This document shows, piece by piece, positions 38,421 through 47,299 of a stretch of 64,000 bases of DNA (positions are counted from its first letter, which is position 1; every line of letters starts with the position of its first letter). Position numbers and translations under genes: made by a program. Location of the stretch: contig CAZLJF010000002.1 of NCBI GenBank assembly GCA_964559845.1, forward strand, positions 1,544-65,543. The letters run 5' to 3'. Origin of the DNA: an uncultured Zetaproteobacteria bacterium (GTDB lineage Bacteria > Pseudomonadota > Zetaproteobacteria > Mariprofundales > Mariprofundaceae). The notes below the pieces were generated by a model. The model was not told the DNA's origin, did not search any database, and worked only from the letters and a program-made list of their open reading frames with translations.

Positions 38421-40361
38421 ATGACTTGCAACATCGATCCTGAAAAATCGCCCGGCTTCAGGGCAGGGCTTGTCCTTCTGCTACTGGTAACTCTGCTCTT
38501 AGGTGCCTGTGGCCCCAAGAAGGAGATGCCCCCGGCTGTCGTCAAGCCGGTTCAGCCCCATCCGTTTACCCGCCTTGCCCCTCCTCCGCAGAGCGCCAGG
38601 GAAATTCAGGCCCTTCTGGAGCTGGCAAGAGTCTATAACGAGATCGATATGGCGCTCACCGGGCTTGAGGAACTGGCCAGCATGGCACCGCCGCCTATCA
38701 ATGAAGAGGCCGCGTTCAGACGTGTCGAACTGATGCTGGAGTTCCTCTATCCGCAGGCTCCTATCGAGGCTGAACAACTGGTGCAGCAGTTCCCGATGCA
38801 TGCACTAACGCCGTATGTTCACGCATGGCTGGCCAAATGGTGGATCAATCAGAACCATGATGCCCGGGCGCTGGAGGCGTTTATTCATGTCCTCAGGCAT
38901 CCCCGGCTGACACGCGAACTGGCAGAGGAGGCACTCAACAGTGCCATGCCGATTGTTCAACGCGCACCTGAAAAAGAGGCGGTTGCCTGGCTGCTTACAG
39001 CGGCAGAAATTGACTTTGGCCGTCAGGAGTACTGGTTACGCGCTGCTGCAAACAAAGCTTCACTTGATACCATCATTCAACTCCATCAGGAGAAACGGCT
39101 TGAGCAGGAGGCGATCAAAATCTTCTATCTGCATGCCGCCAGAGTCCGGCTGATGTCCGGTCAGATGGAGGAATTGCGCTCTATTGCAGACATCCTCTCT
39201 GCAGAAATGCCATATGATGCCATCACCCGAAAAGTAGAGGCATGGGCCTCCGGCATCACGCAGCACGTGACCATTGGCGTCCTGCTTCCTCTGTCGGGCA
39301 AATATGCCCGTTTCGGCGAAGAGGCGCTACGCGGCATCCGCCTGGCCATCGCCAATGAAGCCTATGCTGATAAAGTGGATCTTCGCATCGAAGACAGTGC
39401 AAGCCATACAGATGGCGCAATCCACGCCTATCAACAGCTTGTCACAAGTGGTTGCGACTGGATCATCGGACCGCTGCTATCTGAACACACTGAGGCACTG
39501 CTGCCGCACCTTGCACCCCATATCCCGGTTATCAGCCTGGCCAACCAGACCCGTATTGCCGAAGCATCGCCCGGACTTTTCATCCATACACTGGCCAAAA
39601 CCGTGCAGGCTGCATACATGGCAGAGTTTGCCTGGCAGCAGGGTGCCAGAAAGGTTGTGGTGTTAAGCAGTAACAATTCCGGGGCCATCAGCGAGGCTGA
39701 GGCATTTGTGAGCACTTTTGAACAGCTGGGCGGTGAAGTTGCCGAGCAACTTGTCCTGGAAGATACCATTGACCATCGTTCCGAGCTTCAGGCACTGCGC
39801 GAGCGAAGTGATGATGAGGAGTTGCTTGCCGAACTGGATGAGGATATTGCACTGCTGTCAGCAGAGACCGAGCTTGAGATCCGCATGCCGGTCAATTTTG
39901 ATGCGATATATATTGCACTTCCGGGCAAACACGTGGCAACCCTCGCCGGCCAGCTCGCCTATGTTGATATCAATGAAACGCCACTCTACGGCAGCAGCCG
40001 CTGGCAGGACGGCCACCTGCTCGATGATCGCGGGCGTTATCTGGCGACATCACGTTTTGCCAGCATCAACTTTCCTGTCGCTGACGGCAACACGGTTCGC
40101 CGCATGCTGAGCTCATATCGCGAAGCATGGGGCGCAGGCAAACCTGGAAAACTGTTCGGTATGGCCTATGACTCTGTTCTGATCGCAGCAGTTCTCGGCT
40201 CTCGATTAGGATTGCATGGTCGTGATGCCATTCAGGGCTTGCATGACGCTGAAGGATTCCCGGGCCTGACGGGCCATGTCCGTTTTGACAAAAATGGTGT
40301 GGGCCGGAAAGAGTTTGAAGTTTTCACCATCAAACGCGGCAAACTGGTTCCTGCGGGATAG
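38421..40361 (+). CDS. lpoA: Penicillin-binding protein activator LpoA-like lipoprotein
   Basis: Start set at ATG 38421. Lipobox LLLGAC, a TPR-like N-terminal half and a type I periplasmic-binding-fold C-terminal half (IGVLLPLSGKYARFGE). Divergent from rsmI. Confidence 0.7.
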   Translation: MTCNIDPEKSPGFRAGLVLLLLVTLLLGACGPKKEMPPAVVKPVQPHPFTRLAPPPQSAREIQALLELARVYNEIDMALTGLEELASMAPPPINEEAAFRRVELMLEFLYPQAPIEAEQLVQQFPMHALTPYVHAWLAKWWINQNHDARALEAFIHVLRHPRLTRELAEEALNSAMPIVQRAPEKEAVAWLLTAAEIDFGRQEYWLRAAANKASLDTIIQLHQEKRLEQEAIKIFYLHAARVRLMSGQMEELRSIADILSAEMPYDAITRKVEAWASGITQHVTIGVLLPLSGKYARFGEEALRGIRLAIANEAYADKVDLRIEDSASHTDGAIHAYQQLVTSGCDWIIGPLLSEHTEALLPHLAPHIPVISLANQTRIAEASPGLFIHTLAKTVQAAYMAEFAWQQGARKVVVLSSNNSGAISEAEAFVSTFEQLGGEVAEQLVLEDTIDHRSELQALRERSDDEELLAELDEDIALLSAETELEIRMPVNFDAIYIALPGKHVATLAGQLAYVDINETPLYGSSRWQDGHLLDDRGRYLATSRFASINFPVADGNTVRRMLSSYREAWGAGKPGKLFGMAYDSVLIAAVLGSRLGLHGRDAIQGLHDAEGFPGLTGHVRFDKNGVGRKEFEVFTIKRGKLVPAG

Positions 40362-40392
40362 TCCAATGACCACTTTCGACCGAAAACAGACA

Positions 40393-40416
40393 TTCAGCAA
40401 AACACCCTTTGCTGAA
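40393..40416 (+). terminator. Hairpin downstream of lpoA (weak terminator candidate)
   Basis: Perfect 9-bp stem ttcagcaaa / tttgctgaa with loop acaccc. There is no clear U-tract. Confidence 0.3.
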
Positions 40417-40558
40417 AGCAATATTGAATTATTTTGAAGCTTTTTTTGCTCTCGAGAACAGAAAGATGAGTGAAAAAGGAGCGAGTAGGAAAATCCTATT
40501 GCCTGATCAGTTTCAGTTTCTCAAAAAGTAATCATGTGCATGAAGAATTAGGACGTAA

Positions 40559-41725
40559 ATGAAAGTAATCGAAGAATTTATAAAGAAAGAATCATCAAGT
40601 GGTATTTTGTTGATCTTTGCGACTATTTTGGCGCTAATTTTAAGCAACACAGCAATGTCGGCAATGTATGAATCATTTTTGCATATCCCTATAGAAATAC
40701 GAGTGGGGGCATTGCATCTTGATAAGTCGCTTTACCATTGGGTCAATGATGGCCTGATGGCTATTTTCTTTTTATTGATCGGCCTGGAAGTGAAGAGAGA
40801 AATCTTGGAGGGCGAACTGTCATCGTTAAGCAAAGCTGGATTGCCAATCATCGCCGCTATTGGCGGAATGCTTGCCCCAACAATAATCTATCTGGTATTT
40901 AACCAAAATGATTCGATTGCTATGAATGGATGGGCAATCCCAACAACTACGGACATTGCATTTGCATTGGGCATCCTTTCTCTGTTGGGTAACCGGGTTC
41001 CGGTTTCACTTAAAATATTCTTGATGGCATTAGCGATTATTGATGATCTAGGAGCAATTATCATTATTGCCCTACTTTATACAGCCGAGCTGTCCATGTT
41101 ATCTGTTATTGTTGCAATCATTGCTATAGCAACCTTAATCACGCTAAATAGATTTGGTGTCTCAAGACAAGCAGCTTACTTCATTGTTGGTGCAATTTTA
41201 TGGGTGAGCGTCCTCAAATCGGGGGTTCATGCAACATTGGCAGGTGTTATTTTAGCATTTTCAATTCCGTTAAATGCAAAAGATAAAAATAATCAACCCG
41301 TTTCACCGGCAAAAGAGATCGAGCATAACCTCCATTTTTGGGTGGCTTTTTTCATCTTACCCCTGTTTGCCTTCGTGAACGCTGGTGTCAACATCACGCA
41401 AATATCGCTTGACCAAATGGCAAATTCGGTGCCGCTGGGAATAATCCTTGGGTTGTTTATTGGCAAGCAACTTGGCGTTTTCGGCTTTAGTTGGCTTGCG
41501 ATTAAACTCAAACTGGCAGAGCTACCAAAAGATAGTACTTGGATGCAACTCTATGGGGTGTCCATATTAACAGGGATTGGATTTACCATGAGCCTGTTTA
41601 TAAGTTCATTGGCTTTTGAAGATGATACTGTTTTTCAACATACAGATAAGCTTGCAATACTTATGGGGTCATTTGTCTCGGGAATTGTTGGTTATTTGGT
41701 GCTCAAAAAAGCTAAAAGCACATAA
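40559..41725 (+). CDS. nhaA: Na+/H+ antiporter NhaA
   Basis: 388 aa. HWVNDGLMAIFFLLIGLEVKRE and the AIIDDLGAI (DD) motif. Visibly AT-richer than the flanking core genes. Confidence 0.93.
   Translation: MKVIEEFIKKESSSGILLIFATILALILSNTAMSAMYESFLHIPIEIRVGALHLDKSLYHWVNDGLMAIFFLLIGLEVKREILEGELSSLSKAGLPIIAAIGGMLAPTIIYLVFNQNDSIAMNGWAIPTTTDIAFALGILSLLGNRVPVSLKIFLMALAIIDDLGAIIIIALLYTAELSMLSVIVAIIAIATLITLNRFGVSRQAAYFIVGAILWVSVLKSGVHATLAGVILAFSIPLNAKDKNNQPVSPAKEIEHNLHFWVAFFILPLFAFVNAGVNITQISLDQMANSVPLGIILGLFIGKQLGVFGFSWLAIKLKLAELPKDSTWMQLYGVSILTGIGFTMSLFISSLAFEDDTVFQHTDKLAILMGSFVSGIVGYLVLKKAKST
41640..41725 (+). repeat. Direct repeat, left copy (last 86 nt of nhaA)
   Basis: atacagataagcttgcaat[acttat]ggggtcatttgtctcgggaattgttggttatttggtgctcaaaaaagctaaaagcacataa. 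Identical to 47086..47165 apart from the bracketed 6 nt. Confidence 0.9.
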
Positions 41726-41845
41726 AGCGTGTTTCTGGTAGTCTGAAGTGCAAGGGAAACGCCATATTCGGCTCAAAAGGCTGTGGATACTCCGGCAGCG
41801 GGGCATGGATATTGAGGAACGATATGTGCCGAACGTGCGAGCGAC

Positions 41846-44803
41846 CTATGCTTTAGCCTTAGCCAAAGCCGACTTAATTATCTCCTTGATTGCATCTGTC
41901 TTGAATTGAGATTCAAAAGATACTTTGAATCCATGTTGGAAACTATTAAACAACGCCTCTGCATGTTTTATCTTCTGTTTCTCTTCATCCCGCAGGCTTC
42001 TCTTATCGGTATCCTTGGTTTCGACTATCAGGTTTAACGTTTTTTGTCCGTTGTCATATTCAACAACATAGGCGAAATCAGGGGAATAGGTTCCACCGCC
42101 TGCAACGGGAATACGGATAGAGTTTTTTGGTATTTTGGTAAATACCGTCACCTCTGTAATGGATGAAATGATATTTTTCTTTTCCAAAGGCGAGTCGTAA
42201 AAGACTTCCTCGAACAGGTATTGCTTCGCTGTCTTTTCCGTTTCATCTTGTTTCGTTCCCAAGCCTGCTGCTGAAATTCTTGAGTATGGCTTTCCTTTAC
42301 TGTCCGTGAACACGGTCGGGTGAATGCTGTTGCTAACCTTGGTATATCCGACTTCATACTTTCCGAAGGCGTGCTCAAGCAAGTACATCTTAAAGCCATT
42401 TCTAATCGTTCGAATAGTTGGGTAGCTTAGATACTGGTTAATATTTAAATCGCTCTTCAATTCCACAAACAATTGATGCAAGGTTTGAATGTTCACACAC
42501 AGCTCACGCCCAAGAGCCATCAGAAAATCTTTATAGCTCATGGTGACAAGCGGCATTATTTCATTATCCAGCGAATCTTCTTCTGTGGCAAAAGCACCTT
42601 CTTGCGTAAACTCAATTTTAGCGTGTTTGGTTACACTCCCCTGCGCCTTAAAATCATCCTTATGCTTTTTGAAGTAGGCTAAAAGAATGGACTTAAAAGC
42701 ATCTTCGGAATCTATTTTGTACTCCAAAATTACCCGCTGATTGATTGCTTCCCACAACGCTTTGAGTTCATTGTATTTTGCGACCCGAAGCGTGGCCTTT
42801 TTCTCTTTCACATTGCCACTGCGAACTTTATTGGCTTTAAGCCCAGAGGGTGGCACAGCAAGCGGATAAGCGTTCTTCACGATGTCAAAGCCACCATCTT
42901 TAAAGTCACGATTAAATTCAATCGCTTGCTTTGCAATAAGATTTCCGAGAACGGAGTTCTCATCTTCTTCTGGATAAGCCAGCAAGATTCTCTGGAGCAT
43001 TTCATCCGTAAACTTAGACTCCTGAGCCTGAAACTCGCCTGACTTACTATTAATTTCATTCACCAGAGCGTTGGCAAAGTCCTGTTCTGTAAAATCCACA
43101 TAGTAATGCAACTCAAAATTCTCGTCTTTCACTCGGCTCATGTACTCATTGACAGGGAGCCTTAAACCACGACCGACCTCTTGCAGCTTGGATGTTTGCG
43201 AACCACTGGAACGCAATTTGCAAATCTGAAACACATTCGGGTTATCCCAGCCTTCCCGCAGCGTCCATTTGGAGAAGATAAAGCGGCGAGGGTTTTCAAG
43301 ACTTAACAGTGTTTCCTTATCATGCAAAATCTCAGTGATTTCCTGCTCAACTTTCTCATCATTGCCAGTGTTATCTTTCGAGAAATAACCGCCATGAACC
43401 AAGGATAAGTCCTGCAAGGTCTTTTCAAGATAAGTTTTGTAAAACGGATGCGTTTCCGTCTTCAGCAAAGACTCCGCTTGCGCTTTGACCAAAGCCTCAA
43501 ACTTTGTCTTGAGAGAACCAGCAATTTGATGGTCGCCACGATAGCCTTCAATATCATCAATAAAGAAAAGCGTCAGCGGCTTAATTTTCACATCACGGGT
43601 TAATAAGTCTCTTTCTATTTCAAAATGCCGCCGCACGGCATTGGCAATCATCTTATCTTGCAAGGATTCCGCATAGGAATATGGATTAATGACACTGCCG
43701 ACTTTTAATTCTAAGCCATTGGAAAGAACAACCACGCTTTGGTTATGGTTTTCAATCGTCACCCCCTGCATGGCAGGGTGAATCATCTCAAGGCTTTCAC
43801 CCTTGATGAGCTTCACCTGCTTCTTCTTACCATGCTCATTGAGTTCAAATACAGCCTCCAAAATCTTTTTCGACTTTCCGCTGCTGGTTGGTTCATCCCG
43901 ATAAAGCCGTAAGAGCTTGATGGAAATGTTGTTGCCTTCCTCAAATTCTTCCACATAAGTGACTACGCCTTTCACCAAATCCTGATTAAAGGCATCCACA
44001 GCCGTGAGTTCGTGGATAAGGTTTTCATATTTGTTATCGAAGGTGGCTCCAAATCGCAAAATACATTGCGACCCCATAAGCTGAATTTTCTCCCAAGTTT
44101 TTTTCTTGGGGGGGAACTTATGCGGCTCATCCACAATGGTAAAAGGGTTCACCGATGCAAGGGCTGAAAAAGGCGTGTCATAGGTGTCGAACAACTGGCG
44201 GTCAAACTTCATTTCCATCGTTGGCGAATTTATCATGCCTGCGTTAATCACCAGCACATGGATGGTATCGTTATGATTTGCCTCCACAAATTCGGTGACT
44301 GCTTGCGGCATATAGCTTCTTTTGTTTTTCTTTCCTCCGCCGTTTTTCTGGCTTTCCACCACATGCACCTTCATGGCTTTGTGATAAATATCCTTAAAGT
44401 GCATTTTGGTGGCAGGTGAACGCAAAAAGCTTACTGTGCCCGCTTTAATGGAAAGCGTGGGAACCACCACAATAAACTTCCAAATCCCATAGGTGCGTTG
44501 CAGTTCAAACATTGCCTTGGTATAGGTGTAGGTTTTGCCCGTGCCAGTCTCCATCGATATATCCAGCACATGGCTTTTGCCATTGATAATGCGGCAATCG
44601 GTTTTGAAAATGCCTTGGTATTTCTGAATCTCAGAAATGTTTTTGGCGTAATCTAAGGTTTGAAGGTTTATCCGAGGGTTACAAACCTTTCGCATGCTTG
44701 CATTGGCTTCCTGCTCAACGGTTAAATCTTTAAACACATTGATAATCGACTCCACCGCAGCCGTTTGGTGCGGCAAGTCTTGCTCGAAGTTAAATCCAGC
44801 CAT
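41846..44803 (-). CDS. res: Type III restriction endonuclease, Res subunit
   Basis: 985 aa. SF2 helicase motifs (METGTGKTYTY, DEPH), a C-terminal PD...ExK nuclease (YSPDFAYVV...IVETKD), directly downstream of mod. Confidence 0.9.
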   Translation of the reverse strand: MAGFNFEQDLPHQTAAVESIINVFKDLTVEQEANASMRKVCNPRINLQTLDYAKNISEIQKYQGIFKTDCRIINGKSHVLDISMETGTGKTYTYTKAMFELQRTYGIWKFIVVVPTLSIKAGTVSFLRSPATKMHFKDIYHKAMKVHVVESQKNGGGKKNKRSYMPQAVTEFVEANHNDTIHVLVINAGMINSPTMEMKFDRQLFDTYDTPFSALASVNPFTIVDEPHKFPPKKKTWEKIQLMGSQCILRFGATFDNKYENLIHELTAVDAFNQDLVKGVVTYVEEFEEGNNISIKLLRLYRDEPTSSGKSKKILEAVFELNEHGKKKQVKLIKGESLEMIHPAMQGVTIENHNQSVVVLSNGLELKVGSVINPYSYAESLQDKMIANAVRRHFEIERDLLTRDVKIKPLTLFFIDDIEGYRGDHQIAGSLKTKFEALVKAQAESLLKTETHPFYKTYLEKTLQDLSLVHGGYFSKDNTGNDEKVEQEITEILHDKETLLSLENPRRFIFSKWTLREGWDNPNVFQICKLRSSGSQTSKLQEVGRGLRLPVNEYMSRVKDENFELHYYVDFTEQDFANALVNEINSKSGEFQAQESKFTDEMLQRILLAYPEEDENSVLGNLIAKQAIEFNRDFKDGGFDIVKNAYPLAVPPSGLKANKVRSGNVKEKKATLRVAKYNELKALWEAINQRVILEYKIDSEDAFKSILLAYFKKHKDDFKAQGSVTKHAKIEFTQEGAFATEEDSLDNEIMPLVTMSYKDFLMALGRELCVNIQTLHQLFVELKSDLNINQYLSYPTIRTIRNGFKMYLLEHAFGKYEVGYTKVSNSIHPTVFTDSKGKPYSRISAAGLGTKQDETEKTAKQYLFEEVFYDSPLEKKNIISSITEVTVFTKIPKNSIRIPVAGGGTYSPDFAYVVEYDNGQKTLNLIVETKDTDKRSLRDEEKQKIKHAEALFNSFQHGFKVSFESQFKTDAIKEIIKSALAKAKA

Positions 44804-44805
44804 GA

Positions 44806-46764
44806 CTAATACCTAAACTCAATGCTGATATGCTTATCTTTCTTGTTTTTATATTGGGTGATGGCTTCGGCAATTTCCCGCTGGTGTTTACTATCAAAGT
44901 TCACACCATTCACCACAAGTTTCTCAACCTCAAAATGATTGCTCGTATCGTCCAGCTTTTGCAGAAAAGCCACTAATGCCTCGCTGCTAAAGCCCTTGCG
45001 CATCAAATAACACACTTTGTCATGTTGATAAGCGGTGTACCCTGCCAAATCCACTTCTTCCAAATTTTTCGTCAATGCAATGCCGTCATACACCTTCCAA
45101 GTGGTTAATATATCATCCACATCATCGGATATTAAAGGCAAGGCTTGCTGCTCGTCCGATAGCGTGGGTATATCTTGCAAGTAGTCTTCGGGCAGAGGCT
45201 TGGTTTCAAATATCTTAAAGCCTAAATCACCTTCATAGTCGGGGCTTTCTTCTTTTATTTTTGCCGCCGCCTTTTCAATGCGAGCTTTGCAAATATCAAA
45301 AATAGTTTTGTAACCGGCTTTATACGCTTCAGACTTTTTATCCGTAGCCTCATCAATCTGCACGCTGATACAACGGCGCTTACCGCCATCTTCTGCATTG
45401 AGTTGCATCACGGCATGGGCTGTTGTTCCTGAACCTGCGAAGAAGTCCACAACAATCTCATTCTCATGTGTGCCAAAAGAAATTAACCTCCTAAGTAGCG
45501 ATGTAGGTTTAGGGTTCGTAAAAAGCTTCTTCATTTCTGGAAATAGTGAACGAAGCTCATTGGCTCCCAGCCTACCATCTAATTCAAAAACGCTTGAAAG
45601 TTTATCGAGATAGTCTTTTGCGTACACTTTAAGTTCAATGATTTTATCGTGGTCTTTTCCAAATAAAATTTTATCATCTTCCAAAAGTTTCTGCATTGTT
45701 GATTCTGGAAAACGATAACCCATTAATGGCTCAACACATGGTTTCTTTGTTTTCGGATGAATAACATCATATCGATACCCCTCTTTACCTGGGTTATGCA
45801 CACTTTGGCTCCCTGTATAAATGCCATCAAAATCTATATACTTATATCTATCCAATGCGCCTAATTGGAATTTATTTTTTCTAAACCACTCAGTATATTT
45901 TTTTTGAAGTAATTCTGGATTAGAATATTCCTGTATAAAATTATTCCCAATATTGATAAGTAAATCTTTTATTTTAGAATCAGAAGACTTCCAAACTCCC
46001 TCTAAGTAGCTCTTAGCCTTTGCATATACAAGTATTGTTTCGTGTTCGGTTGCGATGTTAGAAGGGTTATTATCTGTAACATTTTTCCATATAATCGAGC
46101 CTACACAATTCTGATCTCCAAAAACCTCATCACAAAGCATTTTAAGCTGCGCAACTTCGTTATCATCAATAGAAATAAAAATTACGCCATCATCTTTTAG
46201 TAACTCTCGTGCCACATAAAGGCGGGGATACATAAAGGTCAGCCATGCGCTATGACTATTCGCTTTGCTTTGGGTGAAATCCAAAATCCGCTGGGCTTCA
46301 TCTTTATCAATGCCAGCCAGTTGCGAAAGCTGCCCTGCTGTAAACTTCCTGTCATCCTGATAAACAAAACCATCGGAGCCAGTGTTGTACGGCGGGTCAA
46401 TATAAATCATCTTCACCTGTTCGCTGTATGCGTTCACAAGATGTTTCAACACTTCAAGGTTATCACCCTTAATCAACAGGTTATCACTGTCTTTATTTTC
46501 AGGCTTGGCATTATGCTCTTTATCTTCGGATAACAGGGTGCGGGGGTGCTCATTGGCAAGCAGCCTTGCATAGGATTTTCCCAGCCAGTTTAGAGCATAG
46601 GACTCCTTGGAAAGCTCTGAGCCACTTGCGCTCACCAAGTCTTGCAGCTTCTCAGGCATAAAAGCTCCGTGCTTGTCAAAACACTGCGGAAAATGCTTTT
46701 TCAACACCTCAAGCTGTTTACTGTTTGCTGTTACTTCCGAATTATCGAATGTCGTTTTTGCCAT
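44806..46764 (-). CDS. mod: Type III DNA methyltransferase, Mod subunit (N6-adenine, beta class)
   Basis: 652 aa. The DPPY motif (IYIDPPYNTG) precedes the SAM motif FFAGSGTTAHAV, with a variable target-recognition region between them. Confidence 0.9.
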   Translation of the reverse strand: MAKTTFDNSEVTANSKQLEVLKKHFPQCFDKHGAFMPEKLQDLVSASGSELSKESYALNWLGKSYARLLANEHPRTLLSEDKEHNAKPENKDSDNLLIKGDNLEVLKHLVNAYSEQVKMIYIDPPYNTGSDGFVYQDDRKFTAGQLSQLAGIDKDEAQRILDFTQSKANSHSAWLTFMYPRLYVARELLKDDGVIFISIDDNEVAQLKMLCDEVFGDQNCVGSIIWKNVTDNNPSNIATEHETILVYAKAKSYLEGVWKSSDSKIKDLLINIGNNFIQEYSNPELLQKKYTEWFRKNKFQLGALDRYKYIDFDGIYTGSQSVHNPGKEGYRYDVIHPKTKKPCVEPLMGYRFPESTMQKLLEDDKILFGKDHDKIIELKVYAKDYLDKLSSVFELDGRLGANELRSLFPEMKKLFTNPKPTSLLRRLISFGTHENEIVVDFFAGSGTTAHAVMQLNAEDGGKRRCISVQIDEATDKKSEAYKAGYKTIFDICKARIEKAAAKIKEESPDYEGDLGFKIFETKPLPEDYLQDIPTLSDEQQALPLISDDVDDILTTWKVYDGIALTKNLEEVDLAGYTAYQHDKVCYLMRKGFSSEALVAFLQKLDDTSNHFEVEKLVVNGVNFDSKHQREIAEAITQYKNKKDKHISIEFRY

Positions 46765-46873
46765 GCTCCGCCCCAGTGACTGTTATACGTCGAAGCATAA
46801 CATTGCCAGCGCAACAATCTATTCTGGCAAGAAAAAACTCGTTATATTCAACATGAAAAGAGCGTGCAAACCA

Positions 46874-47047
46874 TCATCTGCTAAGGTGCGCTAAAGCCTT
46901 ACTTACAGTGGTTTCGGCATAGCGATGAGGGCTATTCTTGCCTCTTGACCTTGCCCGCTTTTCCAGTTCTTCAACAAGGCCGATGGGGTCGGCTCCATGT
47001 TCCAGCTTTCCGCACACATAACCCCATTCCGATTCGGATGCAGCCAT
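46874..47047 (-). CDS. Orphan 57-aa ORF, helical, possibly plasmid/phage replication-protein-derived
   Basis: Manual translation gives MAASESEWGYVCGKLEHGADPIGLVEELEKRARSRGKNSPHRYAETTVSKALAHLSR. The pattern SE.EW.Y.C..L..G.....L.......K..P..YA..TV.KA recalls helix-bundle domains of RepB-type primase/replication proteins. This is from memory, not a search. Confidence 0.3.
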   Translation of the reverse strand: MAASESEWGYVCGKLEHGADPIGLVEELEKRARSRGKNSPHRYAETTVSKALAHLSR

Positions 47048-47085
47048 TCCAGCAGAAACGATGTTTTTTGGAATCTTTATCGGGT

Positions 47086-47165
47086 ATACAGATAAGCTTG
47101 CAATGGGGTCATTTGTCTCGGGAATTGTTGGTTATTTGGTGCTCAAAAAAGCTAAAAGCACATAA
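47086..47165 (+). pseudogene. nhaA: nhaA 3'-end remnant (right copy of the direct repeat)
   Basis: 80 nt identical to the nhaA end except for an in-frame 6-nt (Ile-Leu) deletion. Retains the TAA stop and is followed by a terminator. Confidence 0.85.
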
Positions 47166-47250
47166 CAAGGTATTGCTCCCAGACGGCTGAAACTGGGTCC
47201 GCACCTTTAAGCAGGCGGTGTATTTGGGTAGTTGTTTAGTATTCATTGCT

Positions 47251-47279
47251 AAAAATGGCCTCACATGGAGGCCATTTTG
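47251..47279. terminator. Bidirectional terminator hairpin between the nhaA remnant and acnA
   Basis: 11-bp stem aaaatggcctc / gaggccatttt with loop acatg, flanked by an A-run and a T-run. Confidence 0.7.
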
Positions 47280-47299
47280 TTTATAGTTAGTACTGGAAA

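Larger units (their letters stand above)
41726..47165. mobile_element. Type III R-M gene unit inserted with long target duplication (no recombinase present)
   Basis: Bounded by the 86/80-nt direct repeats of the nhaA 3' end. Contains res, mod and one small orphan ORF. Composition is AT-richer than the core. Confidence 0.55.

Noticed and set aside
45898-45905. A8 run in mod as a phase-variation tract.
   Set aside because: Eight A/T is short for slipped-strand switching, and it sits mid-gene (ELLQKKYTE) rather than in the 5' repeat region typical of phasevarion mod genes. I kept it only as a side note to the res C7/A7 finding.
46945-47190. 81-aa plus-strand ORF spanning the nhaA remnant.
   Set aside because: It is out of frame with the nhaA-derived sequence, overlaps the better-supported minus-strand 57-aa ORF, and has no motifs. 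Likely spurious.
40420-47279. Integrase, transposase, tRNA attachment site or inverted terminal repeats for the AT-rich segment.
   Set aside because: I searched for these on both strands and found none. tRNA-Gln at 57267 is 10 kb away and unrelated. Mobility therefore cannot be ascribed to a classical integrative element.
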